Source: Eledone cirrhosa (lineage: Eukaryota). From it: a stretch of 64,000 bases of DNA. The position numbers and the translations under genes are program-made. Of this stretch, positions 15,801-32,400 are shown piece by piece. The stretch covers positions 1,364,001 to 1,428,000 of the forward strand of contig OZ024759.1 in the NCBI GenBank assembly GCA_964016885.1. Direction: 5' to 3'. The notes under the pieces are model-generated. The model was not told the origin of the DNA and ran no database searches. It saw only the letters and a program-made list of their open reading frames with translations. Positions within the stretch are counted from its first letter, which is position 1. Each line of letters begins with the position of its first letter.

Positions 15801-18800
15801 CTATATTAGTAACATGACACAGTCTATATTAGTAACATGACAAAGTCTATATTAGTAACATGACACAGTCTATATTAGTAACATGACACAGTCTATATTA
15901 GTAACATGACACAGTTTATATTAGTAACATGACAAAGTCTATATTAGTAACATGACAAAGTCTATATTAGTAACATGGCAGTCTATATTAGTTACATGAC
16001 AAAGTCTATATTAGTAACATGACACAGTCTATATTAGTAACATGACAAAGACTCTATTAGTAACATGACAAAGTCTATATTAGTAACATGACAGTCTATA
16101 TTAGTAACATGACAAAATCTATATTAGTAACATGACAGTCTATATTAGTAACATGACAAAGTCTATATTAGTAACATGACAGTCTATATTGTACCATGAC
16201 ACAGTCTATATTAGTAACATGACACAGTCTATATTAGTAACATGACACAGTTTATATTAGTAACATGACAAAGTCTATATTAGTAACATGACAAAGTCTA
16301 TATTAGTAACATGGCAGTCTATATTAGTAACATGACAAAGTCTATATTAGTAACATGACACAGTCTATATTAGTAACATGACAAAGACTCTATTAGTAAC
16401 ATGACAAAGTCTATATTAGTAACATGACAGTCTATATTAGTAACATGACAAAGTCTATATTAGTAACATGACAAAATCTATATTAGTAACATGACAGTCT
16501 ATATTAGTAACATGACAAAGTCTATATTAGTAACATGACAGTCTATATTGTACCATGACACAGTCTATATTAGTAACATGACATAGTCTATATTAGTAAC
16601 ATGACAAAGTCTATATTAGTAACATGACAGTCTATATTGTAACATGACACAGTCTATATTAGTAACATGACACAGTCTATATTAGTAACATGACAGTCTA
16701 TATTAGTAACATGACAAAGTCTATATTAGTAACATGACACAGTCTATATTAGTAACATGACAGTCTATATTAGTAGCATGGCAATGTCTATATTAGTAAC
16801 ATGACACAGTCTATATTAGTAACAAGACATAGTCTATATTAGTAACATGACATAGTCTATATTAGTAGCATGACAAAGTCTATATTAGTAACATGACAAA
16901 GTCTATATTAGTAACATGACACAGTCTATCTTAGTAACATGACAAAGTCTATATTAGTAACATGACACAGTCTATATTAGTAACATGACAAAGTCTATAT
17001 TAGTAGCATGACAAAGTCTATATTAGTAACATGACACAGTCTATATTAGTAACATGACAAAGTCTATATTAGTAACATGACAAAGTCTATATTAGTAACA
17101 TGACAAAGTCTATATTAGTAACATGACTAAGTCTATATTAGTAACATGACACAGTCTATATTAGTAACATGACAGTCTATATTAGTAGCATGACAAAGTC
17201 TATATTAGTAACATGACACAGTCTATATTAGTAACATGACACAGTCTATATTAGTAACATGACAAAGTCTATATTAGTAACATGACAAAGTCTATATTAG
17301 TAACATGACATAGTCTATATAAGTAGCATGACAAAGTCTATATTAGTAACATGACACAGTCTATATTAGTAGTATGACAAAGTCTATATTAGTAACATGA
17401 CAGTCTATATTAGTAACATGACAAAGTCTATATTAGTAGCATGACAAAGTCTATATTAGTAGCATGACACAGTCTATATTAGTAACATGACACAGTCTAT
17501 ATTAGTAACATGACACAGTCTATATTAGTAACATGACAAAGTCTATATTAGTAGCATGACAAAGTCTATATTAGTAACATGACAAAGTCTATATTAGTAA
17601 CATGACACAGTCTATATTAGTAACATGACAAAGTCTATATTAGTAACATGACAAAGTCTATATTAGTAACATGACAGTCTATATTAGTAACATGACAAAG
17701 TCTATATTAGTAACATGACAAAGTCTATATTAGTAACATGACAAAGTCTATATTAGTAACATGACACAGTCTATATTAGTAACATGACACAGTCTATATT
17801 AGTAACATGACAAAGTCTATATTAGTAACATGGCAAAGTCTATATTAGTAACATGACAAAGTCTATATTAGTAACATGACAAGGTCTATATTAGTAACAT
17901 GACACAGTCTATATTAGTAACATGACAAAGTCTATATTAGTAACATGACAGTCTATATTAGTAACATGCCAAAGTCTATATTAGTAGCATGACAAAGTCT
18001 ATATTAGTAGCATGACACAGTCTATATTAGTAACATGACATAGTCTATATTAGTAACATGACACAGTCTATATTAGTAGCATGACAAAGTCTATATTAGT
18101 AACATGACAAAGTCTATATTAGTAACATGAGAAAGTCTATATTAGTAACATGACACAGTCTATATTAGTAACATGACAAAGTCTATATTAGTAACATGAC
18201 ACAGTCTATATTAGTAACATGACACAGTCTATATTAGTAACATGCAAAGTCTATATTAGTAGCATGACAAAGTCTATATTAGTAACATGACAAAGTCTAT
18301 ATTAGTAACATGACACAGTCTATATTAGTAACATGACAAAGTCTATATTAGTAACATGACGGTCTATATTAGTAACATGACAGTCTATATTAGTAGCATG
18401 ACAAAGTCTATATTAGTAACATGACACAGTCTATATTAGTAACATGACACAGTCTATATTAGTAACATGACAAAGTCTATATTAGTAGCATGACAAAGTC
18501 TATATTAGTAACATGACACAGTCTATATTAGTAACATGACAAAGTCTATATTAGTAGCATGACAAAGTCTATATTAGTAACATGACAAAGTCTATATTAG
18601 TAACATGACACAGTCTATATTAGTAACATGACAGTCTATATTAGTAACATGACAGTCCATATTAGTAGCATGACAAAGTCTATATTAGTAACATGACAAA
18701 GTCTATATTAGTAACATGACACAGTCTATATTAGTAACATGACACAGTCTATATTAGTAACATCATACAGTCTATATTAGTAACATGACAAAGTCTATAT

Positions 18801-21800
18801 TAGTAACATGGCAAAGTCTATATTAGTAACATGACACAGTCTATATTAGTAACATGACAAGGCCTATATTAGTAACATGACACAGTCTATATTAGTAACA
18901 TGACAAAGTCTATATTAGTAATATGACAGTCTATATTAGTAACATGACAAAGTCTATATTAGTAACATGACAAAGTCTATATTAGTAACATGACAGTCTA
19001 TATTAGTAACATGACACAGTCTATATTAGTAACATGACAAAGTCTATATTAGTAACATGACACAGTCTATATTAGTAACATGACACAGTCTATATTAGTA
19101 ACATGACACAGTTTATATTAGTAACATGACAAAGTCTATATTAGTAACATGACAAAGTCTATATTAGTAACATGGCAGTCTATATTAGTTACATGACAAA
19201 GTCTATATTAGTAACATGACACAGTCTATATTAGTAACATGACAAAGACTCTATTAGTAACATGACAAAGTCTATATTAGTAACATGACAGTCTATATTA
19301 GTAACATGACAAAATCTATATTAGTAACATGACAGTCTATATTAGTAACATGACAAAGTCTATATTAGTAACATGACAGTCTATATTGTACCATGACACA
19401 GTCTATATTAGTAACATGACACAGTCTATATTAGTAACATGACACAGTTTATATTAGTAACATGACAAAGTCTATATTAGTAACATGACAAAGTCTATAT
19501 TAGTAACATGGCAGTCTATATTAGTAACATGACAAAGTCTATATTAGTAACATGACACAGTCTATATTAGTAACATGACAAAGACTCTATTAGTAACATG
19601 ACAAAGTCTATATTAGTAACATGACAGTTTATATTAGTAACATGACAAAATCTATGTTAGTAACATGACAGTCTATATTAGTAACATGACAAAGTCTATA
19701 TTAGTAACATGACAGTCTATATTGTACCATGACACAGTCTATATTAGTAACATGACATAGTCTATATTAGTAACATGACAAAGTCTATATTAGTAACATG
19801 ACAGTCTATATTGTAACATGACACAGTCTATATTAGTAACATGACACAGTCTATATTAGTAACATGACAGTCTATATTAGTAACATGACACAGTCTATAT
19901 TAGTAACATGACACAGTCTATATTAGTAACATGACAGTCTATATTAGTAGCATGGCAATGTCTATATTAGTAACATGACACAGTCTATATTAGTAACAAG
20001 ACATAGTCTATATTAGTAACATGACATAGTCTATATTAGTAGCATGACAAAGTCTATATTAGTAACATGACAAAGTCTATATTAGTAACATGACACAGTC
20101 TATCTTAGTAACATGACAAAGTCTATATTAGTAACATGACACAGTCTATATTAGTAACATGACAAAGTCTATATTAGTAGCATGACAAAGTCTATATTAG
20201 TAACATGACACAGTCTATATTAGTAACATGACAAAGTCTATATTAGTAACATGACAAAGTCTATATTAGTAACATGACAAAGTCTATATTAGTAACATGA
20301 CTAAGTCTATATTAGTAACATGACACAGTCTATATTAGTAACATGACAGTCTATATTAGTAGCATGACAAAGTCTATATTAGTAACATGACAAAGTCTAT
20401 ATTAGTAACATGACACAGTCTATATTAGTAACATGACACAGTCTATATTAGTAACATGACAGTCTATATTAGTAACATGACAAAGTCTATATTAGTAACA
20501 TGGCAAAGTCTATGTTAGTAACATGACAAAGTCTATATTAGTAACATGACAGTCTATATTAGTAACATGACACATTCTATATTAGTAACATGACAAAGTC
20601 TATATTAGTAGCATGACAAAGTCTATATTAGTAACATGACAGTCTATATTAGTAACATGCCAAAGTCTATATTAGTAGCATGACAAAGTCTATATTAGTA
20701 ACATGACACAGTCTATATTAGTAACATGACACAGTCTATATTAGTAACATGACACAGTCTATATTAGTAGCATGACAAAGTCTATATTAGTAACATGACA
20801 AAGTCTATATTAGTAACATGACAAAGTCTATATTAGTAACATGACATAGTCTATATAAGTAGCATGACAAAGTCTATATTAGTAACATGACAAAGTCTAT
20901 ATTAGTAACATGACAGTCTATATTAGTAACATGACACATTCTATATTAGTAACATGACAAAGTCTATATTAGTAGCATGACAAAGTCTATATTAGTAACA
21001 TGACAGTCTATATTAGTAACATGCCAAAGTCTATATTAGTAGCATGACAAAGTCTATATTAGTAACATGACACAGTCTATATTAGTAACATGACACAGTC
21101 TATATTAGTAACATGACACAGTCTATATTAGTAGCATGACAAAGTCTATATTAGTAACATGACAAAGTCTATATTAGTAACATGACAAAGTCTATATTAG
21201 TAACATGACAAAGTCTATATTAGTAACATGACACAGTGTATATTAGTAATATGACAGTCTATATTAGTAGCATGACAAAGTCTATATTAGTAACATGACA
21301 AAGTCTATATTAGTAACATGACACAGTCTATATTAGTAACATGACACAGTCTATATTAGTAACATGACACAGTCTATATTAGTAACATGACAAAGTCTAT
21401 ATTAGTAACATGGCAAAGTCTATATTAGTAACATGACAAAGTCTATATTAGTAACATGACATGGTCTATATTAGTAACATGACACAGTCTATATTAGTAA
21501 CATGACAAAGTCTATATTAGTAACATGACAGTCTATATTAGTAACATGCCAAAGTCTATATTAGTAGCATGACAAAGTCTATATTAGTAGCATGACACAG
21601 TCTATATTAGTAACATGACATAGTCTATATTAGTAACATGACACAGTCTATATTAGTAGCATGACAAAGTCTATATTAGTAACATGACAAAGTCTATATT
21701 AGTAACATGAGAAAGTCTATATTAGTAACATGACACAGTCTATATTAGTAACATGACAAAGTCTATATTAGTAACATGACACAGTCTATATTAGTAACAT

Positions 21801-24800
21801 GACACAGTCTATATTAGTAACATGACACAGTCTATATTAGTAACATGCAAAGTCTATATTAGTAGCATGACAAAGTCTATATTAGTAACATGACAAAGTC
21901 TATATTAGTAACATGACACAGTCTATATTAGTAACATGACAAAGTCTATATTAGTAACATGACGGTCTATATTAGTAACATAACAGTCTATATTAGTAGC
22001 ATGACAAAGTCTATATTAGTAACATGACACAGTCTATATTAGTAACATGACACAGTCTATATTAGTAACATGACAAAGTCTATATTAGTAGCATGACAAA
22101 GTCTATATTAGTAACATGACACAGTCTATATTAGTAACGTGACAAAGTCTATATTAGTAGCATGACAAAGTCTATATTAGTAACATGACAAAGTCTATAT
22201 TAGTAACATGACACAGTCTATATTAGTAACATGACAGTCTATATTAGTAACATGACAGTCCATATTAGTAGCATGACAAAGTCTATATTAGTAACATGAC
22301 AAAGTCTATATTAGTAACATGACACAGTCTATATTAGTAACATGACACAGTCTATATTAGTAACATCATACAGTCTATATTAGTAACATGACAAAGTCTA
22401 TATTAGTAACATGGCAAAGTCTATATTAGTAACATGACACAGTCTATATTAGTAACATGACAAGGCCTATATTAGTAACATGACAAAGTCTATATTAGTA
22501 ACATGACGGTCTATATTAGTAACATGACACAGTCTATATTAGTAGCATGACAAAGTCTATATTAGTAACATGACAAAGTCTATATTAGTAACATGAGAAA
22601 GTCTATATTAGTAACATGACACAGTCTATATTAGTAACATGACAAAGTCTATATTAGTAACATGACACAGTCTATATTAGTAACATGACACAGTCTATAT
22701 TAGTAACATGCAAAGTCTATATTAGTAGCATGACAAAGTCTATATTAGTAACATGACAAAGTCTATATTAGTAACATGACACAGTCTATATTAGTAACAT
22801 GACAAAGTCTATATTAGTAACATGACGGTCTATATTAGTAACATGACAGTCTATATTAGTAGCATGACAAAGTCTATATTAGTAACATGACACAGTCTAT
22901 ATTAGTAACATGACACAGTCTATATTAGTAACATGACAAAGTCTATATTAGTAGCATGACAAAGTCTATATTAGTAACATGACACAGTCTATATTAGTAA
23001 CATGACAAAGTCTATATTAGTAGCATGACAAAGTCTATATTAGTAACATGACAAAGTCTATATTAGTAACATGACACAGTCTATATTAGTAACATGACAG
23101 TCTATATTAGTAACATGACAGTCCATATTAGTAGCATGACAAAGTCTATATTAGTAACATGACAAAGTCTATATTAGTAACATGACACAGTCTATATTAG
23201 TAACATGACACAGTCTATATTAGTAACATCATACAGTCTATATTAGTAACATGACAAAGTCTATATTAGTAACATGGCAAAGTCTATATTAGTAACATGA
23301 CACAGTCTATATTAGTAACATGACAAGGCCTATATTAGTAACATGACACAGTCTATATTAGTAACATGACAAAGTCTATATTAGTAATATGACAGTCTAT
23401 ATTAGTAACATGACAAAGTCTATATTAGTAACATGACAAAGTCTATATTAGTAACATGACAGTCTATATTAGTAACATGACACAGTCTATATTAGTAACA
23501 TGACAAAGTCTATATTAGTAACATGACACAGTCTATATTAGTAACATGACACAGTCTATATTAGTAACATGACACAGTTTATATTAGTAACATGACAAAG
23601 TCTATATTAGTAACATGACAAAGTCTATATTAGTAACATGGCAGTCTATATTAGTTACATGACAAAGTCTATATTAGTAACATGACACAGTCTATATTAG
23701 TAACATGACAAAGACTCTATTAGTAACATGACAAAGTCTATATTAGTAACATGACAGTCTATATTAGTAACATGACAAAATCTATATTAGTAACATGACA
23801 GTCTATATTAGTAACATGACAAAGTCTATATTAGTAACATGACAGTCTATATTGTACCATGACACAGTCTATATTAGTAACATGACACAGTCTATATTAG
23901 TAACATGACACAGTTTATATTAGTAACATGACAAAGTCTATATTAGTAACATGACAAAGTCTATATTAGTAACATGGCAGTCTATATTAGTAACATGACA
24001 AAGTCTATATTAGTAACATGACACAGTCTATATTAGTAACATGACAAAGACTCTATTAGTAACATGACAAAGTCTATATTAGTAACATGACAGTCTATAT
24101 TAGTAACATGACAAAGTCTATATTAGTAACATGACAAAATCTATATTAGTAACATGACAGTCTATATTAGTAACATGACAAAGTCTATATTAGTAACATG
24201 ACAGTCTATATTGTACCATGACACAGTCTATATTAGTAACATGACATAGTCTATATTAGTAACATGACAAAGTCTATATTAGTAACATGACAGTCTATAT
24301 TGTAACATGACACAGTCTATATTAGTAACATGACACAGTCTATATTAGTAACATGACAGTCTATATTAGTAACATGACACAGTCTATATTAGTAACATGA
24401 CACAGTCTATATTAGTAACATGACAGTCTATATTAGTAGCATGGCAATGTCTATATTAGTAACATGACACAGTCTATATTAGTAACAAGACATAGTCTAT
24501 ATTAGTAACATGACATAGTCTATATTAGTAGCATGACAAAGTCTATATTAGTAACATGACAAAGTCTATATTAGTAACATGACACAGTCTATCTTAGTAA
24601 CATGACAAAGTCTATATTAGTAACATGACACAGTCTATATTAGTAACATGACAAAGTCTATATTAGTAGCATGACAAAGTCTATATTAGTAACATGACAC
24701 AGTCTATATTAGTAACATGACAAAGTCTATATTAGTAACATGACAAAGTCTATATTAGTAACATGACAAAGTCTATATTAGTAACATGACTAAGTCTATA

Positions 24801-25030
24801 TTAGTAACATGACACAGTCTATATTAGTAACATGACAGTCTATATTAGTAGCATGACAAAGTCTATATTAGTAACATGACACAGTCTATATTAGTAACAT
24901 GACACAGTCTATATTAGTAACATGACAAAGTCTATATTAGTAACATGACAAAGTCTATATTAGTAACATGACATAGTCTATATAAGTAGCATGAGAAAGT
25001 CTATATTAGTAACATGACAAAGTCTATATT
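9860..25030. repeat. Large tandem higher-order duplication; copy 1 ~9860-17365, copy 2 ~17365-25030 (offset 7504 then 7663 bp)
   Basis: At +7663: ggcaatg 12291/19954 and 16780/24443, gtgtat 13573/21236, the rare cataacag 14319/21982, tataag 17321/24984. At +7504: caagg 10379/17883 and gtagtatg 9867/17371, because copy 1 lacks 159 bp (7 monomers). Confidence 0.9.
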
Positions 25031-25399
25031 AGTAACATGACAGTCTATATTAGTAACATGACACATTCTATATTAGTAACATGACAAAGTCTATATTAGT
25101 AGCATGACAAAGTCTATATTAGTAACATGACAGTCTATATTAGTAACATGCCAAAGTCTATATTAGTAGCATGACAAAGTCTATATTAGTAACATGACAC
25201 AGTCTATATTAGTAACATGACACAGTCTATATTAGTAACATGACACAGTCTATATTAGTAGCATGACACAGTCTATATTAGTAGCATGACAAAGTCTATA
25301 TTAGTAACATGACAAAGTCTATATTAGTAACATGACAAAGTCTATATTAGTAACATGACACAGTCTATATTAGTAACATGACACAGTCTATATTAGTAA

Positions 25400-28300
25400 C
25401 ATGACACATTCTATATTAGTAACATGACACAGTCTATATTAGTAGCATGACACAGTCTATATTAGTAGCATGACAAAGTCTATATTAGTAACATGACAAA
25501 GTCTATATTAGTAACATGACAAAGTCTATATTAGTAACATGACAAAGTCTATATTAGTAACATGACACAGTGTATATTAGTAATATGACAGTCTATATTA
25601 GTAGCATGACAAAGTCTATATTAGTAACATGACAAAGTCTATATTAGTAACATGACACAGTCTATATTAGTAACATGACACAGTCTATATTAGTAACATG
25701 ACACAGTCTATATTAGTAACATGACAAAGTCTATATTAGTAACATGGCAAAGTCTATATTAGTAACATGACAAAGTCTATATTAGTAACATGACATGGTC
25801 TATATTAGTAACATGACACAGTCTATATTAGTAACATGACAAAGTCTATATTAGTAACATGACAGTCTATATTAGTAACATGCCAAAGTCTATATTAGTA
25901 GCATGACAAAGTCTATATTAGTAGCATGACACAGTCTATATTAGTAACATGACATAGTCTATATTAGTAACATGACACAGTCTATATTAGTAGCATGACA
26001 AAGTCTATATTAGTAACATGACAAAGTCTATATTAGTAACATGAGAAAGTCTATATTAGTAACATGACACAGTCTATATTAGTAACATGACAAAGTCTAT
26101 ATTAGTAACATGACACAGTCTATATTAGTAACATGACACAGTCTATATTAGTAACATGACACAGTCTATATTAGTAACATGCAAAGTCTATATTAGTAGC
26201 ATGACAAAGTCTATATTAGTAACATGACAAAGTCTATATTAGTAACATGACACAGTCTATATTAGTAACATGACAAAGTCTATATTAGTAACATGACGGT
26301 CTATATTAGTAACATGACAGTCTATATTAGTAGCATGACAAAGTCTATATTAGTAACATGACACAGTCTATATTAGTAACATGACACAGTCTATATTAGT
26401 AACATGACAAAGTCTATATTAGTAGCATGACAAAGTCTATATTAGTAACATGACACAGTCTATATTAGTAACGTGACAAAGTCTATATTAGTAGCATGAC
26501 AAAGTCTATATTAGTAACATGACAAAGTCTATATTAGTAACATGACACAGTCTATATTAGTAACATGACAGTCTATATTAGTAACATGACAGTCCATATT
26601 AGTAGCATGACAAAGTCTATATTAGTAACATGACAAAGTCTATATTAGTAACATGACACAGTCTATATTAGTAACATGACACAGTCTATATTAGTAACAT
26701 CATACAGTCTATATTAGTAACATGACAAAGTCTATATTAGTAACATGGCAAAGTCTATATTAGTAACATGACACAGTCTATATTAGTAACATGACAAGGC
26801 CTATATTAGTAACATGACACAGTCTATATTAGTAACATGACAAAGTCTATATTAGTAACATGACAGTCTATATTAGTAACATGACAAAGTCTATATTAGT
26901 AACATGACAAAGTCTATATTAGTAACATGACAGTCATTATTAGTAACATGACACAGTCTATATTAGTAACATGACAAAGTCTATATTAGTAACATGACAC
27001 AGTCTATATTAGTAACATGACACAGTCTATATTAGTAACATGACACAGTTTATATTAGTAACATGACAAAGTCTATATTAGTAACATGACAAAGTCTATA
27101 TTAGTAACATGGCAGTCTATATTAGTTACATGACAAAGTCTATATTAGTAACATGACACAGTCTATATTAGTAACATGACAAAGACTCTATTAGTAACAT
27201 GACAAAGTCTATATTAGTAACATGACAGTCTATATTAGTAACATGACAAAATCTATATTAGTAACATGACAGTCTATATTAGTAACATGACAAAGTCTAT
27301 ATTAGTAACATGACAGTCTATATTGTACCATGACACAGTCTATATTAGTAACATGACATAGTCTATATTAGTAACATGACAAAGTCTATATTAGTAACAT
27401 GACAGTCTATATTGTAACATGACACAGTCTATATTAGTAACATGACACAGTCTATATTAGTAACATGACAGTCTATATTAGTAACATGACAAAGTCTATA
27501 TTAGTAACATGACAAAGTGTATATTAGTAACATGACAAAGTCTATATTAGTAGCATGACACAGTCTATATTAGTAACATGACAAAGTCTATATTAGTAAC
27601 ATGACACAGTCTATATTAGTAACATGACAAAGTCTATATTAGTAACATGACACAGTCTATATTAGTAACATGACATCGTCTATATTAGTAACATGACAAA
27701 GTCTATATTAGTAGCATGACACAGTCTAAATTAGTAACATGACACAGTCTATATTAGTAACATGACAGTCTATATTAGTTACATGACACAGTCTATATTA
27801 GTAACATGACAAAGTCTATATTAGTAGTATGACAAAGTCTATATTAGTAACATGACAGTCTATATTAGTAACATGACAAAGTCTATATTAGTAGCATGAC
27901 AAAGTCTATATTAGTAGCATGACACAGTCTATATTAGTAACATGACACAGTCTATATTAGTAACATGACACAGTCTATATTAGTAACATGACAAAGTCTA
28001 TATTAGTAGCATGACAAAGTCTATATTAGTAACATGACAAAGTCTATATTAGTAACATGACACAGTCTATATTAGTAACATGACAAAGTCTATATTAGTA
28101 ACATGACAAAGTCTATATTAGTAACATGACAGTCTATATTAGTAACATGACAAAGTCTATATTAGTAACATGACAAAGTCTATATTAGTAACATGACAAA
28201 GTCTATATTAGTAACATGACACAGTCTATATTAGTAACATGACACAGTCTATATTAGTAACATGACAAAGTCTATATTAGTAACATGGCAAAGTCTATAT

Positions 28301-31300
28301 TAGTAACATGACAAAGTCTATATTAGTAACATGACAAGGTCTATATTAGTAACATGACACAGTCTATATTAGTAACATGACAAAGTCTATATTAGTAACA
28401 TGACAGTCTATATTAGTAACATGCCAAAGTCTATATTAGTAGCATGACAAAGTCTATATTAGTAGCATGACACAGTCTATATTAGTAACATGACATAGTC
28501 TATATTAGTAACATGACACAGTCTATATTAGTAGCATGACAAAGTCTATATTAGTAACATGACAAAGTCTATATTAGTAACATGAGAAAGTCTATATTAG
28601 TAACATGACACAGTCTATATTAGTAACATGACAAAGTCTATATTAGTAACATGACACAGTCTATATTAGTAACATGACACAGTCTATATTAGTAACATGC
28701 AAAGTCTATATTAGTAGCATGACAAAGTCTATATTAGTAACATGACAAAGTCTATATTAGTAACATGACACAGTCTATATTAGTAACATGACAAAGTCTA
28801 TATTAGTAACATGACGGTCTATATTAGTAACATGACAGTCTATATTAGTAGCATGACAAAGTCTATATTAGTAACATGACACAGTCTATATTAGTAACAT
28901 GACACAGTCTATATTAGTAACATGACAAAGTCTATATTAGTAGCATGACAAAGTCTATATTAGTAACATGACACAGTCTATATTAGTAACATGACAAAGT
29001 CTATATTAGTAGCATGACAAAGTCTATATTAGTAACATGACAAAGTCTATATTAGTAACATGACACAGTCTATATTAGTAACATGACAGTCTATATTAGT
29101 AACATGACAGTCCATATTAGTAGCATGACAAAGTCTATATTAGTAACATGACAAAGTCTATATTAGTAACATGACACAGTCTATATTAGTAACATGACAC
29201 AGTCTATATTAGTAACATCATACAGTCTATATTAGTAACATGACAAAGTCTATATTAGTAACATGGCAAAGTCTATATTAGTAACATGACACAGTCTATA
29301 TTAGTAACATGACAAGGCCTATATTAGTAACATGACACAGTCTATATTAGTAACATGACAAAGTCTATATTAGTAACATGACAGTCTATATTAGTAACAT
29401 GACAAAGTCTATATTAGTAACATGACAAAGTCTATATTAGTAACATGACAGTCTATATTAGTAACATGACACAGTCTATATTAGTAACATGACAAAGTCT
29501 ATATTAGTAACATGACACAGTCTATATTAGTAACATGACACAGTCTATATTAGTAACATGACACAGTTTATATTAGTAACATGACAAAGTCTATATTAGT
29601 AACATGACAAAGTCTATATTAGTAACATGGCAGTCTATATTAGTTACATGACAAAGTCTATATTAGTAACATGACACAGTCTATATTAGTAACATGACAA
29701 AGACTCTATTAGTAACATGACAAAGTCTATATTAGTAACATGACAGTCTATATTAGTAACATGACAAAATCTATATTAGTAACATGACAGTCTATATTAG
29801 TAACATGACAAAGTCTATATTAGTAACATGACAGTCTATATTGTACCATGACACAGTCTATATTAGTAACATGACACAGTCTATATTAGTAACATGACAC
29901 AGTTTATATTAGTAACATGACAAAGTCTATATTAGTAACATGACAAAGTCTATATTAGTAACATGGCAGTCTATATTAGTAACATGACAAAGTCTATATT
30001 AGTAACATGACACAGTCTATATTAGTAACATGACAAAGACTCTATTAGTAACATGACAAAGTCTATATTAGTAACATGACAGTCTATATTAGTAACATGA
30101 CAAAATCTATATTAGTAACATGACAGTCTATATTAGTAACATGACAAAGTCTATATTAGTAACATGACACAGTCTATATTAGTAACATGACAAAGACTCT
30201 ATTAGTAACATGACAAAGTCTATATTAGTAACATGACAGTCTATATTAGTAACATGACAGTCTATATTAGTAACATGACACAGTCTATATTAGTAACATG
30301 ACACAGTCTATATTAGTAACATGACAGTCTATATTAGTAGCATGGCAATGTCTATATTAGTAACATGACACAGTCTATATTAGTAACAAGACATAGTCTA
30401 TATTAGTAACATGACATAGTCTATATTAGTAGCATGACAAAGTCTATATTAGTAACATGACAAAGTCTATATTAGTAACATGACACAGTCTATCTTAGTA
30501 ACATGACAAAGTCTATATTAGTAACATGACACAGTCTATATTAGTAACATGACAAAGTCTATATTAGTAGCATGACAAAGTCTATATTAGTAACATGACA
30601 CAGTCTATATTAGTAACATGACAAAGTCTATATTAGTAACATGACAAAGTCTATATTAGTAACATGACAAAGTCTATATTAGTAACATGACTAAGTCTAT
30701 ATTAGTAACATGACACAGTCTATATTAGTAACATGACAGTCTATATTAGTAGCATGACAAAGTCTATATTAGTAACATGACAAAGTCTATATTAGTAACA
30801 TGACACAGTCTATATTAGTAACATGACACAGTCTATATTAGTAACATGACAGTCTATATTAGTAACATGACAAAGTCTATATTAGTAACATGGCAAAGTC
30901 TATGTTAGTAACATGACAAAGTCTATATTAGTAACATGACAGTCTATATTAGTAACATGACACATTCTATATTAGTAACATGACAAAGTCTATATTAGTA
31001 GCATGACAAAGTCTATATTAGTAACATGACAGTCTATATTAGTAACATGCCAAAGTCTATATTAGTAGCATGACAAAGTCTATATTAGTAACATGACACA
31101 GTCTATATTAGTAACATGACACAGTCTATATTAGTAACATGACACAGTCTATATTAGTAGCATGACAAAGTCTATATTAGTAACATGACAAAGTCTATAT
31201 TAGTAACATGACAAAGTCTATATTAGTAACATGACATAGTCTATATAAGTAGCATGACAAAGTCTATATTAGTAACATGACAAAGTCTATATTAGTAACA

Positions 31301-32400
31301 TGACAGTCTATATTAGTAACATGACACATTCTATATTAGTAACATGACAAAGTCTATATTAGTAGCATGACAAAGTCTATATTAGTAACATGACAGTCTA
31401 TATTAGTAACATGCCAAAGTCTATATTAGTAGCATGACAAAGTCTATATTAGTAACATGACACAGTCTATATTAGTAACATGACACAGTCTATATTAGTA
31501 ACATGACACAGTCTATATTAGTAGCATGACAAAGTCTATATTAGTAACATGACAAAGTCTATATTAGTAACATGACAAAGTCTATATTAGTAACATGACA
31601 AAGTCTATATTAGTAACATGACACAGTGTATATTAGTAATATGACAGTCTATATTAGTAGCATGACAAAGTCTATATTAGTAACATGACAAAGTCTATAT
31701 TAGTAACATGACACAGTCTATATTAGTAACATGACACAGTCTATATTAGTAACATGACACAGTCTATATTAGTAACATGACAAAGTCTATATTAGTAACA
31801 TGGCAAAGTCTATATTAGTAACATGACAAAGTCTATATTAGTAACATGACATGGTCTATATTAGTAACATGACACAGTCTATATTAGTAACATGACAAAG
31901 TCTATATTAGTAACATGACAGTCTATATTAGTAACATGCCAAAGTCTATATTAGTAGCATGACAAAGTCTATATTAGTAGCATGACACAGTCTATATTAG
32001 TAACATGACATAGTCTATATTAGTAACATGACACAGTCTATATTAGTAGCATGACAAAGTCTATATTAGTAACATGACAAAGTCTATATTAGTAACATGA
32101 GAAAGTCTATATTAGTAACATGACACAGTCTATATTAGTAACATGACAAAGTCTATATTAGTAACATGACACAGTCTATATTAGTAACATGACACAGTCT
32201 ATATTAGTAACATGACACAGTCTATATTAGTAACATGCAAAGTCTATATTAGTAGCATGACAAAGTCTATATTAGTAACATGACAAAGTCTATATTAGTA
32301 ACATGACACAGTCTATATTAGTAACATGACAAAGTCTATATTAGTAACATGACGGTCTATATTAGTAACATGACAGTCTATATTAGTAGCATGACAAAGT
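25400..32400. repeat. Distant copy of block ~7450-14350 (offset 17959 then 18053 bp)
   Basis: At +17959: gtgtat 7611/25570, gtcatt 8974/26933, caagg 10379/28338, catcatac 11260/29219. At +18053: ggcaatg 12291/30344 and gtgtat 13573/31626. Confidence 0.85.
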
